From NCBI GenBank assembly GCA_025455865.1, contig JALOLS010000076.1, positions 1 through 24,000 of the forward strand: DNA of 24,000 nt, given 5' to 3'. The DNA comes from Thermoleophilia bacterium. GTDB lineage: Bacteria; Actinomycetota; Thermoleophilia; Miltoncostaeales; Miltoncostaeaceae. The position numbers and the translations under genes were made by a program. The stretch's first letter is position 1, and every line of letters starts with the position of its first letter. The notes beneath the pieces are model-generated. The model saw nothing but the letters and a program-made list of their open reading frames with translations. It ran no database searches and was not told where the DNA came from. This document shows positions 7,307 through 14,653 of the stretch, piece after piece.

Positions 7307-8603
7307 CGGAGGCCCGGCCGAGCTCCCACAGGGCGAGGGCCGCGGTCCAGGCCAGGGTGCGGGCGCCCAGGCGCTCCTCGCCGTCCGGGGACAGGTACTC
7401 ATACGCCCCGTGGCGGGCCACGCCGGCGAGCAGCCGGGCGCGCAGCCCGGCGGCGGCGGCCGGGTCGGCGCGCTCCAGGCCGAGGGCGGCGAGCCAGGTG
7501 ACCGGCGCCCAGACCGGCCCGCGCCAGTAGCGGCGGGGCTCGGCGCCGGGGACGCCGGCCGCGAGCGACCGCACCCCGACCGGCGAGGCCAGGTCGCCGG
7601 TGGTGCACCGGCGCGCGATGCGCCGGATCGCCGCCATCGGCACGGCGGGACGAAGCGCCTGCAGCGCCAGCCCGGCGCCGGGAAGCGCCGCGGGGCGGCC
7701 GGTGACCAGGTCGAGCACCGGGGCGAGGCCCCCCGGGCCGGACCGCCGGGCCACGGCGGCGTCCACCCGGTCCGCGATGGCGCGCTGCTCGGCCGCGAGG
7801 GCCCGGTCCCCCAGGCGCTCGGCCAGGCCGGCCAGGTCGTGGGCGGAGCGGGCGAGGATGCCCGAGAACGCCGGGTCGAGCACGCGGAAGGGTCCGGTCC
7901 GGGCCCGCTCGGGCTCATCGCGATGGGCGCCCAGCCACTCCACCAGGCCCATGTAGGCGCGGTAGTCGGCGTCGGTGGGCCGCTCCGCCCCGGGGATCCG
8001 GTCGGTGTCGCGGCGCACGTAGGCCCGCCCCGGGACCGGGGCGGCGGCGAGCGGCGCGTCCCACTCGGGCGCGTCGTCGCGGCCGGACTCCCACGGGTGC
8101 ACCAGCACCGGCTCGCCGCCGGTGTCCGCGCCGCGCTCCCGGGCGAGCGCCCGGTGCCAGGCCGCGGCCGGCTCCAGCAGGCGCCGCGCCCGCGCCGGGT
8201 CGGGGTGGCGGGCGCTGATGAGCGCCAGGCAGGTGCCGGCCAGCGGGGGCTGGGTGATGCCCGACACCGCCCGGCCGTCCGCGCCGGTGCGCCCCCACCA
8301 CTCCGGGCCGGGCATGTAGCCGTCGCGTGCCGGGGTGTAGGCGATGTGGGGGACCATGCCGCCGGGGAGCGCGGCGCCGAGGAGCGACTCGATCTCGGCG
8401 TAGCCCCGCGCGGGGTCGAGGGTGGCCCAGCCGAGGGCGGTCAGGCACGAGTCCCAGGCCCACTGGTGGGGGTAGGTGTCGGGCGACGGGCAGGTGTGGG
8501 CGCCCTGGTCGCTCGCGGCGAGCACGGCGGCGAGCGCCCGGGCGTCGGGCCGGGGGTCGCTCGTGCGGGCGGGCCGGGCGTCCACGTCCCCGGGATCGGC
8601 CAC
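7236..8603 (-). CDS. GH63-like six-hairpin glycoside hydrolase (mannosylglycerate/glucosylglycerate hydrolase-like)
   Basis: The track ORF is 7236..8684. Motifs: YPHQWAWDSC, ITQPPLAG, HPWESGRDDAPEWD, YWRGPVWAPVTW, AWTAALAL. The start is uncertain. I placed it at GTG 8601-8603, downstream of the PilZ stop. GTG at 8583-8585 is also possible. Confidence 0.65.
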   Translation of the reverse strand: MADPGDVDARPARTSDPRPDARALAAVLAASDQGAHTCPSPDTYPHQWAWDSCLTALGWATLDPARGYAEIESLLGAALPGGMVPHIAYTPARDGYMPGPEWWGRTGADGRAVSGITQPPLAGTCLALISARHPDPARARRLLEPAAAWHRALARERGADTGGEPVLVHPWESGRDDAPEWDAPLAAAPVPGRAYVRRDTDRIPGAERPTDADYRAYMGLVEWLGAHRDEPERARTGPFRVLDPAFSGILARSAHDLAGLAERLGDRALAAEQRAIADRVDAAVARRSGPGGLAPVLDLVTGRPAALPGAGLALQALRPAVPMAAIRRIARRCTTGDLASPVGVRSLAAGVPGAEPRRYWRGPVWAPVTWLAALGLERADPAAAAGLRARLLAGVARHGAYEYLSPDGEERLGARTLAWTAALALWELGRASATPAGRTRRPGAPRPPRGAGPPR

Positions 8604-8640
8604 CGGCGCCCCCGGATGAGGCGGGCGTCCGGGCGGCGGA

Positions 8641-8994
8641 TCAGCCCGCGTCGCGCTCCGCGGCCCGGGCCTCGAGGAAGGCATGGATGGCCTCGCGCCC
8701 CCCGAGCGTGGCGATCTCGGCGAAGCGGGCGGCCAGGTGGGTGCCCCCGCCCTCCCCCGCCTGGGTCCGGACCACCTCGGCGTCGATCGCGTGCCAGCCC
8801 ATCTCGGCGAGCTCGATCTCGATGCGGACCTGGGTCCCGCTCGGGAAGTCGTCCCCGCCCAGCAGCACGCCGCCGGCCGAGAGGTCGAGCGTGGAGGCCT
8901 CGGCGGTCTCCTCGCCGGCCACCACGCGGGCGGGCAGGCTGACCCGGTGGCGGGGGTGCGCCCGGCGCTCGGTGCCCTCCGGCGTCTCGCTCAT
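8641..8994 (-). CDS. PilZ-domain c-di-GMP receptor protein
   Basis: ATG at 8992-8994 overlaps the upstream stop (ATGA). The product is 117 aa. Both halves of the c-di-GMP binding signature are present: RRAHPR (RxxxR) and DLSAGG (DxSxxG). Confidence 0.8.
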   Translation of the reverse strand: MSETPEGTERRAHPRHRVSLPARVVAGEETAEASTLDLSAGGVLLGGDDFPSGTQVRIEIELAEMGWHAIDAEVVRTQAGEGGGTHLAARFAEIATLGGREAIHAFLEARAAERDAG

Positions 8995-9467
8995 GTGGCG
9001 CTCCTGGTGGTGAGGGCGTCGGCGATCTGGGTGAGCTCCCGCAGGGGGACCCGGTAGGCCGCGATGCCGTAGGTCTGGCCCTGCTCCCGCCAGAGGTACA
9101 GGGTGTGGTGGGCGTTGATGCGCACGACCTGACGCCGGCCCAGGCGCATCCGCACCGCGGGGACCCGGGCCTGGCGGGCCTCGGCCAGGGTCGTGCGGAG
9201 CTGCGACGCCGGCGACCGGGTGATGGCCAGATCGCGCGGCCCGGCCACCAGGTGCACCGAGTACCCGGTGCGGTCGACCTGCCACTCGGCCCGTGCGGCG
9301 CGGAAGGCCGCGGGCAGGGACGCGGGAAGGAGCGGCGCGGGGCGCAGCTTCGCCTCGCGGACGGCCCGCAGCGCCTCGGCCGGCGTGGCCGGGGCGGCGA
9401 GGGCGGGCGCGGCGAGCGCCGCGGCCACGACGGCCGCGGCGGCCCGCGCGAGCGCCCGCCCCCTCAC
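8991..9467 (-). CDS. Secreted hypothetical protein (Sec signal peptide)
   Basis: 158 aa starting at GTG 9465-9467. N-terminus MRGRALARAAAAVVAAALAAPALAAPATP. High GC3. Its start lies 10 nt after the cspA stop, and its stop is coupled to the PilZ start. Confidence 0.6.
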   Translation of the reverse strand: MRGRALARAAAAVVAAALAAPALAAPATPAEALRAVREAKLRPAPLLPASLPAAFRAARAEWQVDRTGYSVHLVAGPRDLAITRSPASQLRTTLAEARQARVPAVRMRLGRRQVVRINAHHTLYLWREQGQTYGIAAYRVPLRELTQIADALTTRSAT

Positions 9468-9477
9468 CGTGGTCCGG

Positions 9478-9681
9478 CTAGATCGCGTTCACGTTCACGG
9501 CCTGGGGGCCCTTGGGGCCCTCCTGGGTCTCATAGGAGACCCGCTGGCCGTCCTCCAGGTTGCGGTAGCCGCTCCCCTGGATGGCGGAGAAGTGCACGAA
9601 CAGGTCCCGCGACCCGTCGGCCGGCGTGATGAAGCCGTACCCCTTCTCGGACGAGAACCACTTGACGGTGCCTTCGGGCAT
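9478..9681 (-). CDS. cspA: Cold-shock protein, CspA family (CSD)
   Basis: [67 protein letters not shown] (67 aa) with RNP1 KGYGFI and RNP2 VFVHF-type motifs. There is an AGGAG about 10 nt upstream of the ATG at 9679-9681. Confidence 0.95.
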   Translation of the reverse strand: MPEGTVKWFSSEKGYGFITPADGSRDLFVHFSAIQGSGYRNLEDGQRVSYETQEGPKGPQAVNVNAI

Positions 9682-9827
9682 GCTCGTTCTGCTCCTGTGC
9701 GGTGACGTCGCAGGCGGACGCCCGGGGGGGCGCGCCGCAGGCATCGTAGCCCGGAGGCCGATCGGGCGACGCCCATCCTCCTCGGACCCCGGCGCCGCGT
9801 GGGCCGGCGGCGCGATGCGGGGGGTGA

Positions 9828-10868
9828 TCAGCGCAGGCGCACGCGGGTGGAGGACACGAGCCGGCCCCCCATGGTGACGTTGGCCCACACCCGCGCCCGC
9901 GGGGTGCGGCGCACCAGGCTCCGGCCGGCCGACGAGAGGCGGGATCGCACCCGCCCGGTCGCCCCGGGCGCGATCCGGAACCGGCCGGTGGCGTAGGTCA
10001 CCACCCGCGCGCCGGCCACCTGCGCCCCCTGCCGGGCGCCGGGCGCCGACTGCAGCCGCACCAGCCCGACGCAGGGCGCGGCCGGCCCGCAGGTGAGGCC
10101 GAGGGTCGCCACCGGGCCGGCCACCGACACCGCGGGCTGCACCAGCCGCACCGCGGCGGGGCTCACCCCGCCGGGGCCGCCGAGCGCGGGGTCGACCCCC
10201 TGGGTCCCCTCCGGGGCCGGCACCCACTCGCCGCTCACCAGGAGCTGGTAGCCGCCGAGCCCGGCGGGCCCCACCCGCTCCTCGCCGATCCGGGTGAGCG
10301 CCGGGTAGAAGCCCAGGCCGCCCTGCGCGGTGGACGGGTCGTAGTTCCCGGTGTCGTGGGCCGGGATGGGCACGCCCGGGGCCAGCACCGAGAGCGCGAG
10401 GGTGTCGAAGCGCAGCGCCTCGAGGCCCGGCTCGACCACCCGGTCGTTCACGACCGGGAAGGCGACCTGCACGGTGGTCACCGCGTTCGGCGCCGGCGTG
10501 AAGACCGGCGAGAGGCCGACGACCTGGCAGCAGACCGGCGGGGTCGTGCTCAGCGGGTTGCGCAGCGACCGGAACACGACGGCCTGCATGGGGCCGGTGA
10601 CCGGGCCCACCCGCACCCGGACGGCGGTGATCGTGCCGCGCCCGGCCGGCACGTTCAGCCCCTCGGAGAAGTCCCCGAGGCGGCCGATGGCGGTCCAGGT
10701 GCAGGTGGTGACGTTGGTCGGGCTCGCGAAGAACCCGAACGGCAGCAGCGTGCAGTCGACGCGGCTGTTGGCGGGACGGTCCAGGTTGGCCCCGAAGGGG
10801 ATGGCCGCGGCGCCGGCGGGCAGGGCCAGCCCGGCCAGGGCGCTCAGGGCGGCGGCGGCTCGGCGCAT
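9828..10868 (-). CDS. Secreted hypothetical protein, 346 aa, with seven Cys; no domain recognised
   Basis: Signal peptide [22 protein letters not shown]. High GC3 and non-repetitive composition. Cys residues occur at VDCTLL, TTCTW, PVCCQV and [11 protein letters not shown]. Confidence 0.65.
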   Translation of the reverse strand: MRRAAAALSALAGLALPAGAAAIPFGANLDRPANSRVDCTLLPFGFFASPTNVTTCTWTAIGRLGDFSEGLNVPAGRGTITAVRVRVGPVTGPMQAVVFRSLRNPLSTTPPVCCQVVGLSPVFTPAPNAVTTVQVAFPVVNDRVVEPGLEALRFDTLALSVLAPGVPIPAHDTGNYDPSTAQGGLGFYPALTRIGEERVGPAGLGGYQLLVSGEWVPAPEGTQGVDPALGGPGGVSPAAVRLVQPAVSVAGPVATLGLTCGPAAPCVGLVRLQSAPGARQGAQVAGARVVTYATGRFRIAPGATGRVRSRLSSAGRSLVRRTPRARVWANVTMGGRLVSSTRVRLR

Positions 10869-10874
10869 GGGCCG

Positions 10875-10904
10875 ACCCTATTGCGGACGGGCGGGCGCGG
10901 GCAA
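10875..10904 (-). promoter_or_regulatory. Putative sigma-70-type promoter TTGCCC-N18-TAGGGT driving a leaderless transcript of the 9828..10868 gene
   Basis: The minus strand reads TTGCCC (10904-10899), 18 nt, TAGGGT (10880-10875), 6 nt, then ATG (10868-10866). The -10 fits the actinobacterial TAnnnT pattern, and the 6-nt distance puts the TSS at the start codon. Confidence 0.35.
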
Positions 10905-11027
10905 CCCCGCGCGCGCCGGCGGAACCGGCCGCAGGCGCGAGGAGCCTGTCCAAGCACCAGGCCCGGCGCTCGGGAGTGAGAATTCCCTCGGCAGATCCGT
11001 GCCCACGGACACTTCTCTGACAGGCCC

Positions 11028-12197
11028 CTACCCCGCGACCGCCGCCCCCATGACCTCCAGGTCGCTCAGCACGCACCCCGGGTCGGAGGCGTCCAGGTCG
11101 CCGGCCGCCGCCAGCGACCGCGAGCCCAGGCCGCCGCCGCAGTAGTCCAGGAACCGGCACTCGCTGCAGCGCCCGTGCAGGCGCTCCCGCCGGGTCCGCA
11201 GGGCCTCGAGGTCCGCGCCCGGGTCGGTCCAGATCTCCGAGAGCGGCCGGTCGCAGACGTTGCCCATGTACGGCCCGCCCCAGAACTGGTCGGGGCGCAC
11301 GCGGCCCTCCCAGTCCACCGCGGCCAGGCCGCGGCCGGACGCGTTCCCGGCCCCGCCGTTCCAGGAGAGCGCGTCGTGGATGCGCTCGGCCAGGTCGGCG
11401 TCCTCGCGCAGCGCGCGCAGGTAGAGCGCCGCGCCGTCGGAGTAGTTGTCGACGGTCAAGACCTCCACCGGCACGTCGCGCTCGATCAGGTCCTCGGCCC
11501 AGTCGAAGATGCGCTCCAGCGCCGCCCGCTCGGTCTCGCGGTCGAGGGCCACCTCCTGCACCCCGCGGCCGGCCGGGACCAGGTGGTAGAAGCAGGCCCG
11601 GTCGATGCGCTCCTCCTCGACCAGGTCGAAGAGCGCGCCGAGCGACGGGATCGAGGTCGGGGTGAGCGTCACGCGGATCCCCACCCGGACGCCGGCCTCC
11701 TTGAGGAAGCGGATGCCCGCGATGGTGCGCCGGAAGGCCCCCCGGCGGCCGCGGAAGGCGTCGTGGACCGCGCCGATGCCGTCGATGCTCACGCCGACGT
11801 AGCGGACCCCGAGGTCGGCGATCCGCCGGGCCGACTCCTCGCCGATCAGCGTGCCGTTGCTCGAGATGGTCACCGCGAGGCCCCGGTCCCGGGCGTGGCC
11901 CATCAGGTCGAACACGTCGGGCCGGATGAGCGGCTCGCCGCCCGAGAGCAGGAGCGCCGGGCAGCCGAACGCCGCGATGTCCTCGATGAACGCCATGGCC
12001 TGCTCGGTGGTCATCTCCGGGTGGCGATGGGCGTCGGAGTCCGAGTAGCAGTGGCGGCAGGCGAGGTTGCAGCGGCGGGTGCAGTTCCACACCACCACCG
12101 GCCGGCGCTCGGCGCCGGAGCGCAGGCGGCTGCCGCGGCCGTAGCGGAGCGAGTCGGTCTCGGAGGGGCGCCCGAGGAGCGCGGTCACGTTCAGCAC
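11028..12197 (-). CDS. Radical SAM/SPASM protein, NirJ/AhbD-like
   Basis: This is the C-terminal 389 aa of track ORF 11028..13388. The GTG start at 12195-12197 overlaps the upstream gene's stop by 7 nt; GTG at 12186-12188 is an alternative. Motifs: [19 protein letters not shown] (CxxxCxxC), [27 protein letters not shown]...[21 protein letters not shown] cysteines: [15 protein letters not shown]...DPGC. Confidence 0.85.
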   Translation of the reverse strand: MLNVTALLGRPSETDSLRYGRGSRLRSGAERRPVVVWNCTRRCNLACRHCYSDSDAHRHPEMTTEQAMAFIEDIAAFGCPALLLSGGEPLIRPDVFDLMGHARDRGLAVTISSNGTLIGEESARRIADLGVRYVGVSIDGIGAVHDAFRGRRGAFRRTIAGIRFLKEAGVRVGIRVTLTPTSIPSLGALFDLVEEERIDRACFYHLVPAGRGVQEVALDRETERAALERIFDWAEDLIERDVPVEVLTVDNYSDGAALYLRALREDADLAERIHDALSWNGGAGNASGRGLAAVDWEGRVRPDQFWGGPYMGNVCDRPLSEIWTDPGADLEALRTRRERLHGRCSECRFLDYCGGGLGSRSLAAAGDLDASDPGCVLSDLEVMGAAVAG

Positions 12198-13276
12198 GGT
12201 TGCTCCGGTCGGAAGATGCAGGTCGGGTCGGCGGCGAGCGGGTCGCCGGTGAGCGCGAAGGCGCGGGCGCGGCTGCCGCCGCACACCCGCCGGAAGCCGC
12301 AGGCGCGGCACTTGCCCCGCAGGGCGTCGGGGTCGCGCAGCGAGCGGAAGAGCTCCGAGTCGCGGTAGAGCGCGACCGGGGACGTCTCGCGCACGTTGCC
12401 GGCGGCGAGGGGAAGGAAGCCGCTCGGGCAGACGTCGCCCGAGTGGGAGATGAACATGAAGCCCTTGGCGTCGTTGGCCAGGCCCACCGGGTCCGGGGTG
12501 GGCGCCCCGCGCTGGGCCATCACCCGCCGGAAGGGGGGCGCCGCGGTGACCTTGATCCGGAAGGGCACGCTCGCGTGCAGGCGCGCCAGGTGCCTGAGCG
12601 CCCGCTCGTGGGCGTGGGGGTCGAGCATGTCGCGCCGGCTCCCGCGCCCGGTCGGGACCAGGAAGAACACGCTCCAGACCGCGGCGTCGACCCCGGCCAC
12701 CAGGTCGGCCATCCGGTCGATGTCGGCCACGTTGCGCCGGGTGATCGTGGTGTTGACCTGCACCGGGAACCCCAGGCCGCGGGCCCGGGTGAGGATGCGC
12801 AGGGTGCGCCGGAACGAGCCCGGGATGCCGCGCAGGCCGTCGTGGGACGCGGCACTGGCCCCGTCCAGCGAGATCGCGACCTGCCCCAGGCCGGCATCCC
12901 GCAGGGTGGCGAGGCGCTCCTCGGTCACCCGGGGCGTCGCGCTCGGGGTGAGCGCCACCCGCAGCCCCCGGGAGCGGGCGCGGCGCACGATGTCCTCCAG
13001 GTCGTCGCGCAGCAGCGGGTCGCCGCCGGTCAGCACCAGGATCGATCCGGCGAACGGCACCAGCGCGTCGACCAGGGCGAGCGACTCGTCGTGGTCGAGC
13101 TGCCCGGGGAGCGGTCGCGGCTGCGCGTCGGCCCGGCAGTGCAGGCAGCGGTAGCCGCAGGCGCGGGTGACCTCCCAGGCGACCACGATGGGCTGGCGGG
13201 CCAGGTCCCAGGCCACCGGGCCGGGCGCGCCCATCGGTCGCGGGTTCGTCGGGACGGGGACGGCCAGGGTCGCCAC
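12191..13276 (-). CDS. Radical SAM/SPASM protein, AhbC/NirJ1-like (resembles the TIGR04053-type family)
   Basis: 361 aa. Motifs: [20 protein letters not shown] (CxxxCxxC, nt about 13136-13159), [19 protein letters not shown]...[37 protein letters not shown]: [19 protein letters not shown]...DPTC. An alternative ATG start lies at 13232-13234. Confidence 0.85.
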   Translation of the reverse strand: MATLAVPVPTNPRPMGAPGPVAWDLARQPIVVAWEVTRACGYRCLHCRADAQPRPLPGQLDHDESLALVDALVPFAGSILVLTGGDPLLRDDLEDIVRRARSRGLRVALTPSATPRVTEERLATLRDAGLGQVAISLDGASAASHDGLRGIPGSFRRTLRILTRARGLGFPVQVNTTITRRNVADIDRMADLVAGVDAAVWSVFFLVPTGRGSRRDMLDPHAHERALRHLARLHASVPFRIKVTAAPPFRRVMAQRGAPTPDPVGLANDAKGFMFISHSGDVCPSGFLPLAAGNVRETSPVALYRDSELFRSLRDPDALRGKCRACGFRRVCGGSRARAFALTGDPLAADPTCIFRPEQPC

Positions 13277-13310
13277 GGACCGGACGGTCGCACGCCGCGG
13301 CCCTGCTGCT

Positions 13311-13353
13311 CATCCGGGGATCTTCTGGGCCGATATACGGACAAACCCGGATG
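13311..13353. repeat. Inverted repeat CATCCGGG-N27-CCCGGATG in the rSAM/cupredoxin divergent intergenic region
   Basis: Read directly: catccggg at 13311-13318 and cccggatg at 13346-13353. The loop contains the most AT-rich stretch of the region (gatatacggacaaa). Confidence 0.85.
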
Positions 13354-13376
13354 CCCCGGCGGTCTGGCCTGGGTAC

Positions 13377-13406
13377 TTGCCCGCACACCTGATGCGGGCA
13401 TAGGCT
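13377..13406 (+). promoter_or_regulatory. Putative promoter TTGCCC-N18-TAGGCT for the cupredoxin operon, with an embedded 8-bp inverted repeat TGCCCGCA-N7-TGCGGGCA (13378-13400)
   Basis: TTGCCC at 13377-13382, an 18-nt spacer, and TAGGCT at 13401-13406, about 57 nt upstream of the GTG at 13463. The perfect palindrome spans the -35 element and the spacer, which is operator-like. Confidence 0.3.
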
Positions 13407-13462
13407 CAGTCCCGCTGATCGTGCCCCGTCCCACCCGGGACCGATGAAAGGACACCCCCACC

Positions 13463-13807
13463 GTGACCAAGCGCTCGCGCGCCCTCGTGCTCACCGCCGT
13501 CTGCGTCGGCGGCCTCGCCGCCGCCGCCAGCCCGGCGATGGCGCGCACGTACAACATCACCGCCGGCGACCTGTTCTTCCGCGGCGTCCCGAAGACGGTG
13601 CCCGCGGGCACGCACACGTTCGTGATGCGCAACACCGGCCAGGCCCCCCACAACTTCGCGATGGCCGGCAAGCGCTTCGCCCCGGTCCTGAACGGCGGCG
13701 TGGGCCGGATCACCGTCACGCTGAGGAAGGGCAAGAGCTACAACTACCTGTGCACCGTGCCCGGCCACGCGCAGGCCGGCATGAAGGGGACCATCCGCGC
13801 CAGGTAG
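13463..13807 (+). CDS. Secreted cupredoxin (type-1 blue copper protein, plastocyanin/azurin-like)
   Basis: 114 aa. Signal peptide MTKRSRALVLTAVCVGGLAAAASPAMA. Type-1 Cu ligand pattern: H in GQAPHNF, then C-x4-H-x4-M in YLCTVPGHAQAGMKG. Confidence 0.8.
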   Translation: MTKRSRALVLTAVCVGGLAAAASPAMARTYNITAGDLFFRGVPKTVPAGTHTFVMRNTGQAPHNFAMAGKRFAPVLNGGVGRITVTLRKGKSYNYLCTVPGHAQAGMKGTIRAR

Positions 13808-13840
13808 CGCGGGACCGGCCCGGCGGTACCCTGAGCCCTC

Positions 13841-14653
13841 GTGCCGCCGGGCCTCCTCATCCGTCTCGCCGCGCCGGCCGCGGCGATCGCCGTCGTCCTC
13901 GCGGGCTGCGGCGGGTCCGACCAGGCGCCGCCTGAGCGGCCCGCCCCGCCGCCGGACCGGACCGCGCCGGCCCCGCCGCCCGCGCCACGGCCGGCGCCCG
14001 GCCCGGTGCGCCTGGACGATCGCGGCGGGACCGTGAGCTGGACGGCCGGCCTGCCCCGGGCGGTCCGCGGGCGGTCGGCCCCGAGCGTCTCGGCGCCGGC
14101 CTGGGCGTGGATCGAGCCCCGCACCCCCTACTCGCGCCGCCGCGCGGGGCTGATGGTGACCGGGGCCTACCGCGACGCCCAGGGCCGCGGCTGGGTGCGC
14201 GTGCAGCTCGCGATGCGCCCCAACGGCACCGCGGTCTGGGTGCCCCGCCGCAGCGTGCGCCTGAGCGCGACACCGCTGCGGGTCAAGGTGAGCCTGGCCG
14301 CCCGCCGCCTGGAGGTCTGGCGCGGCGGGGAGCGCGTGGGCACCTGGAGCGCGGCCATCGGCCGCCCGGGCACGCCGACGCCGGTCGGGCGCTTCGCGAT
14401 CGAGGACCTCGTCCCCTCGCCCCCGGACCGGCTGGGCGCCTACGGCCGGTACGTGCTGACCCTCACCGCCTACTCCCCCACCCTCACCGACTTCGACGGC
14501 GGCCAGGGCCAGAGCGCCATCCACGGGGCGGCCGACGCCGACGCCCGGCTCGGCCGGGAGGCCAGCTTCGGCTGCGTGGTGGTGGGCGATGAGGTGCTCG
14601 AGTCGCTCTACCGCACGCTGCGGCCCGGCACCCCGGTCGAGATCACCGCGTGA
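13841..14653 (+). CDS. L,D-transpeptidase (YkuD domain) lipoprotein
   Basis: 270 aa. Lipobox VLAGC. Pro-rich linker. YkuD core: RLEVWRGGERVGTWSAAIGRPGTPTPVGRF...SAIHGAADADARLGREASFGCVVV (catalytic H...SxGC). Confidence 0.85.
   Translation: MPPGLLIRLAAPAAAIAVVLAGCGGSDQAPPERPAPPPDRTAPAPPPAPRPAPGPVRLDDRGGTVSWTAGLPRAVRGRSAPSVSAPAWAWIEPRTPYSRRRAGLMVTGAYRDAQGRGWVRVQLAMRPNGTAVWVPRRSVRLSATPLRVKVSLAARRLEVWRGGERVGTWSAAIGRPGTPTPVGRFAIEDLVPSPPDRLGAYGRYVLTLTAYSPTLTDFDGGQGQSAIHGAADADARLGREASFGCVVVGDEVLESLYRTLRPGTPVEITA

Noticed and set aside
9682-12090. The 870-aa minus ORF extending upstream of cspA.
   Set aside because: - Only the terminal 67 codons (cspA) are credible.
- The rest overlaps, in other frames, the secreted protein gene and the rSAM gene, and is Arg/Pro/Gly-rich.
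12198-13388. N-terminal 397 codons of the 786-aa ORF 11028..13388.
   Set aside because: - It runs in a different frame through the well-supported upstream rSAM gene (12191..13276).
- Its sequence is Arg/Pro-rich noise.
- The real gene starts at GTG 12197, next to the upstream stop.
13277-13462. Possible cobalamin or SAM riboswitch in the leader of the rSAM operon.
   Set aside because: - I found no B12 box (GCCACTG-type) and no conserved SAM-I/II/IV core sequence on either strand.
- Only two simple inverted repeats are present. Both are reported separately.
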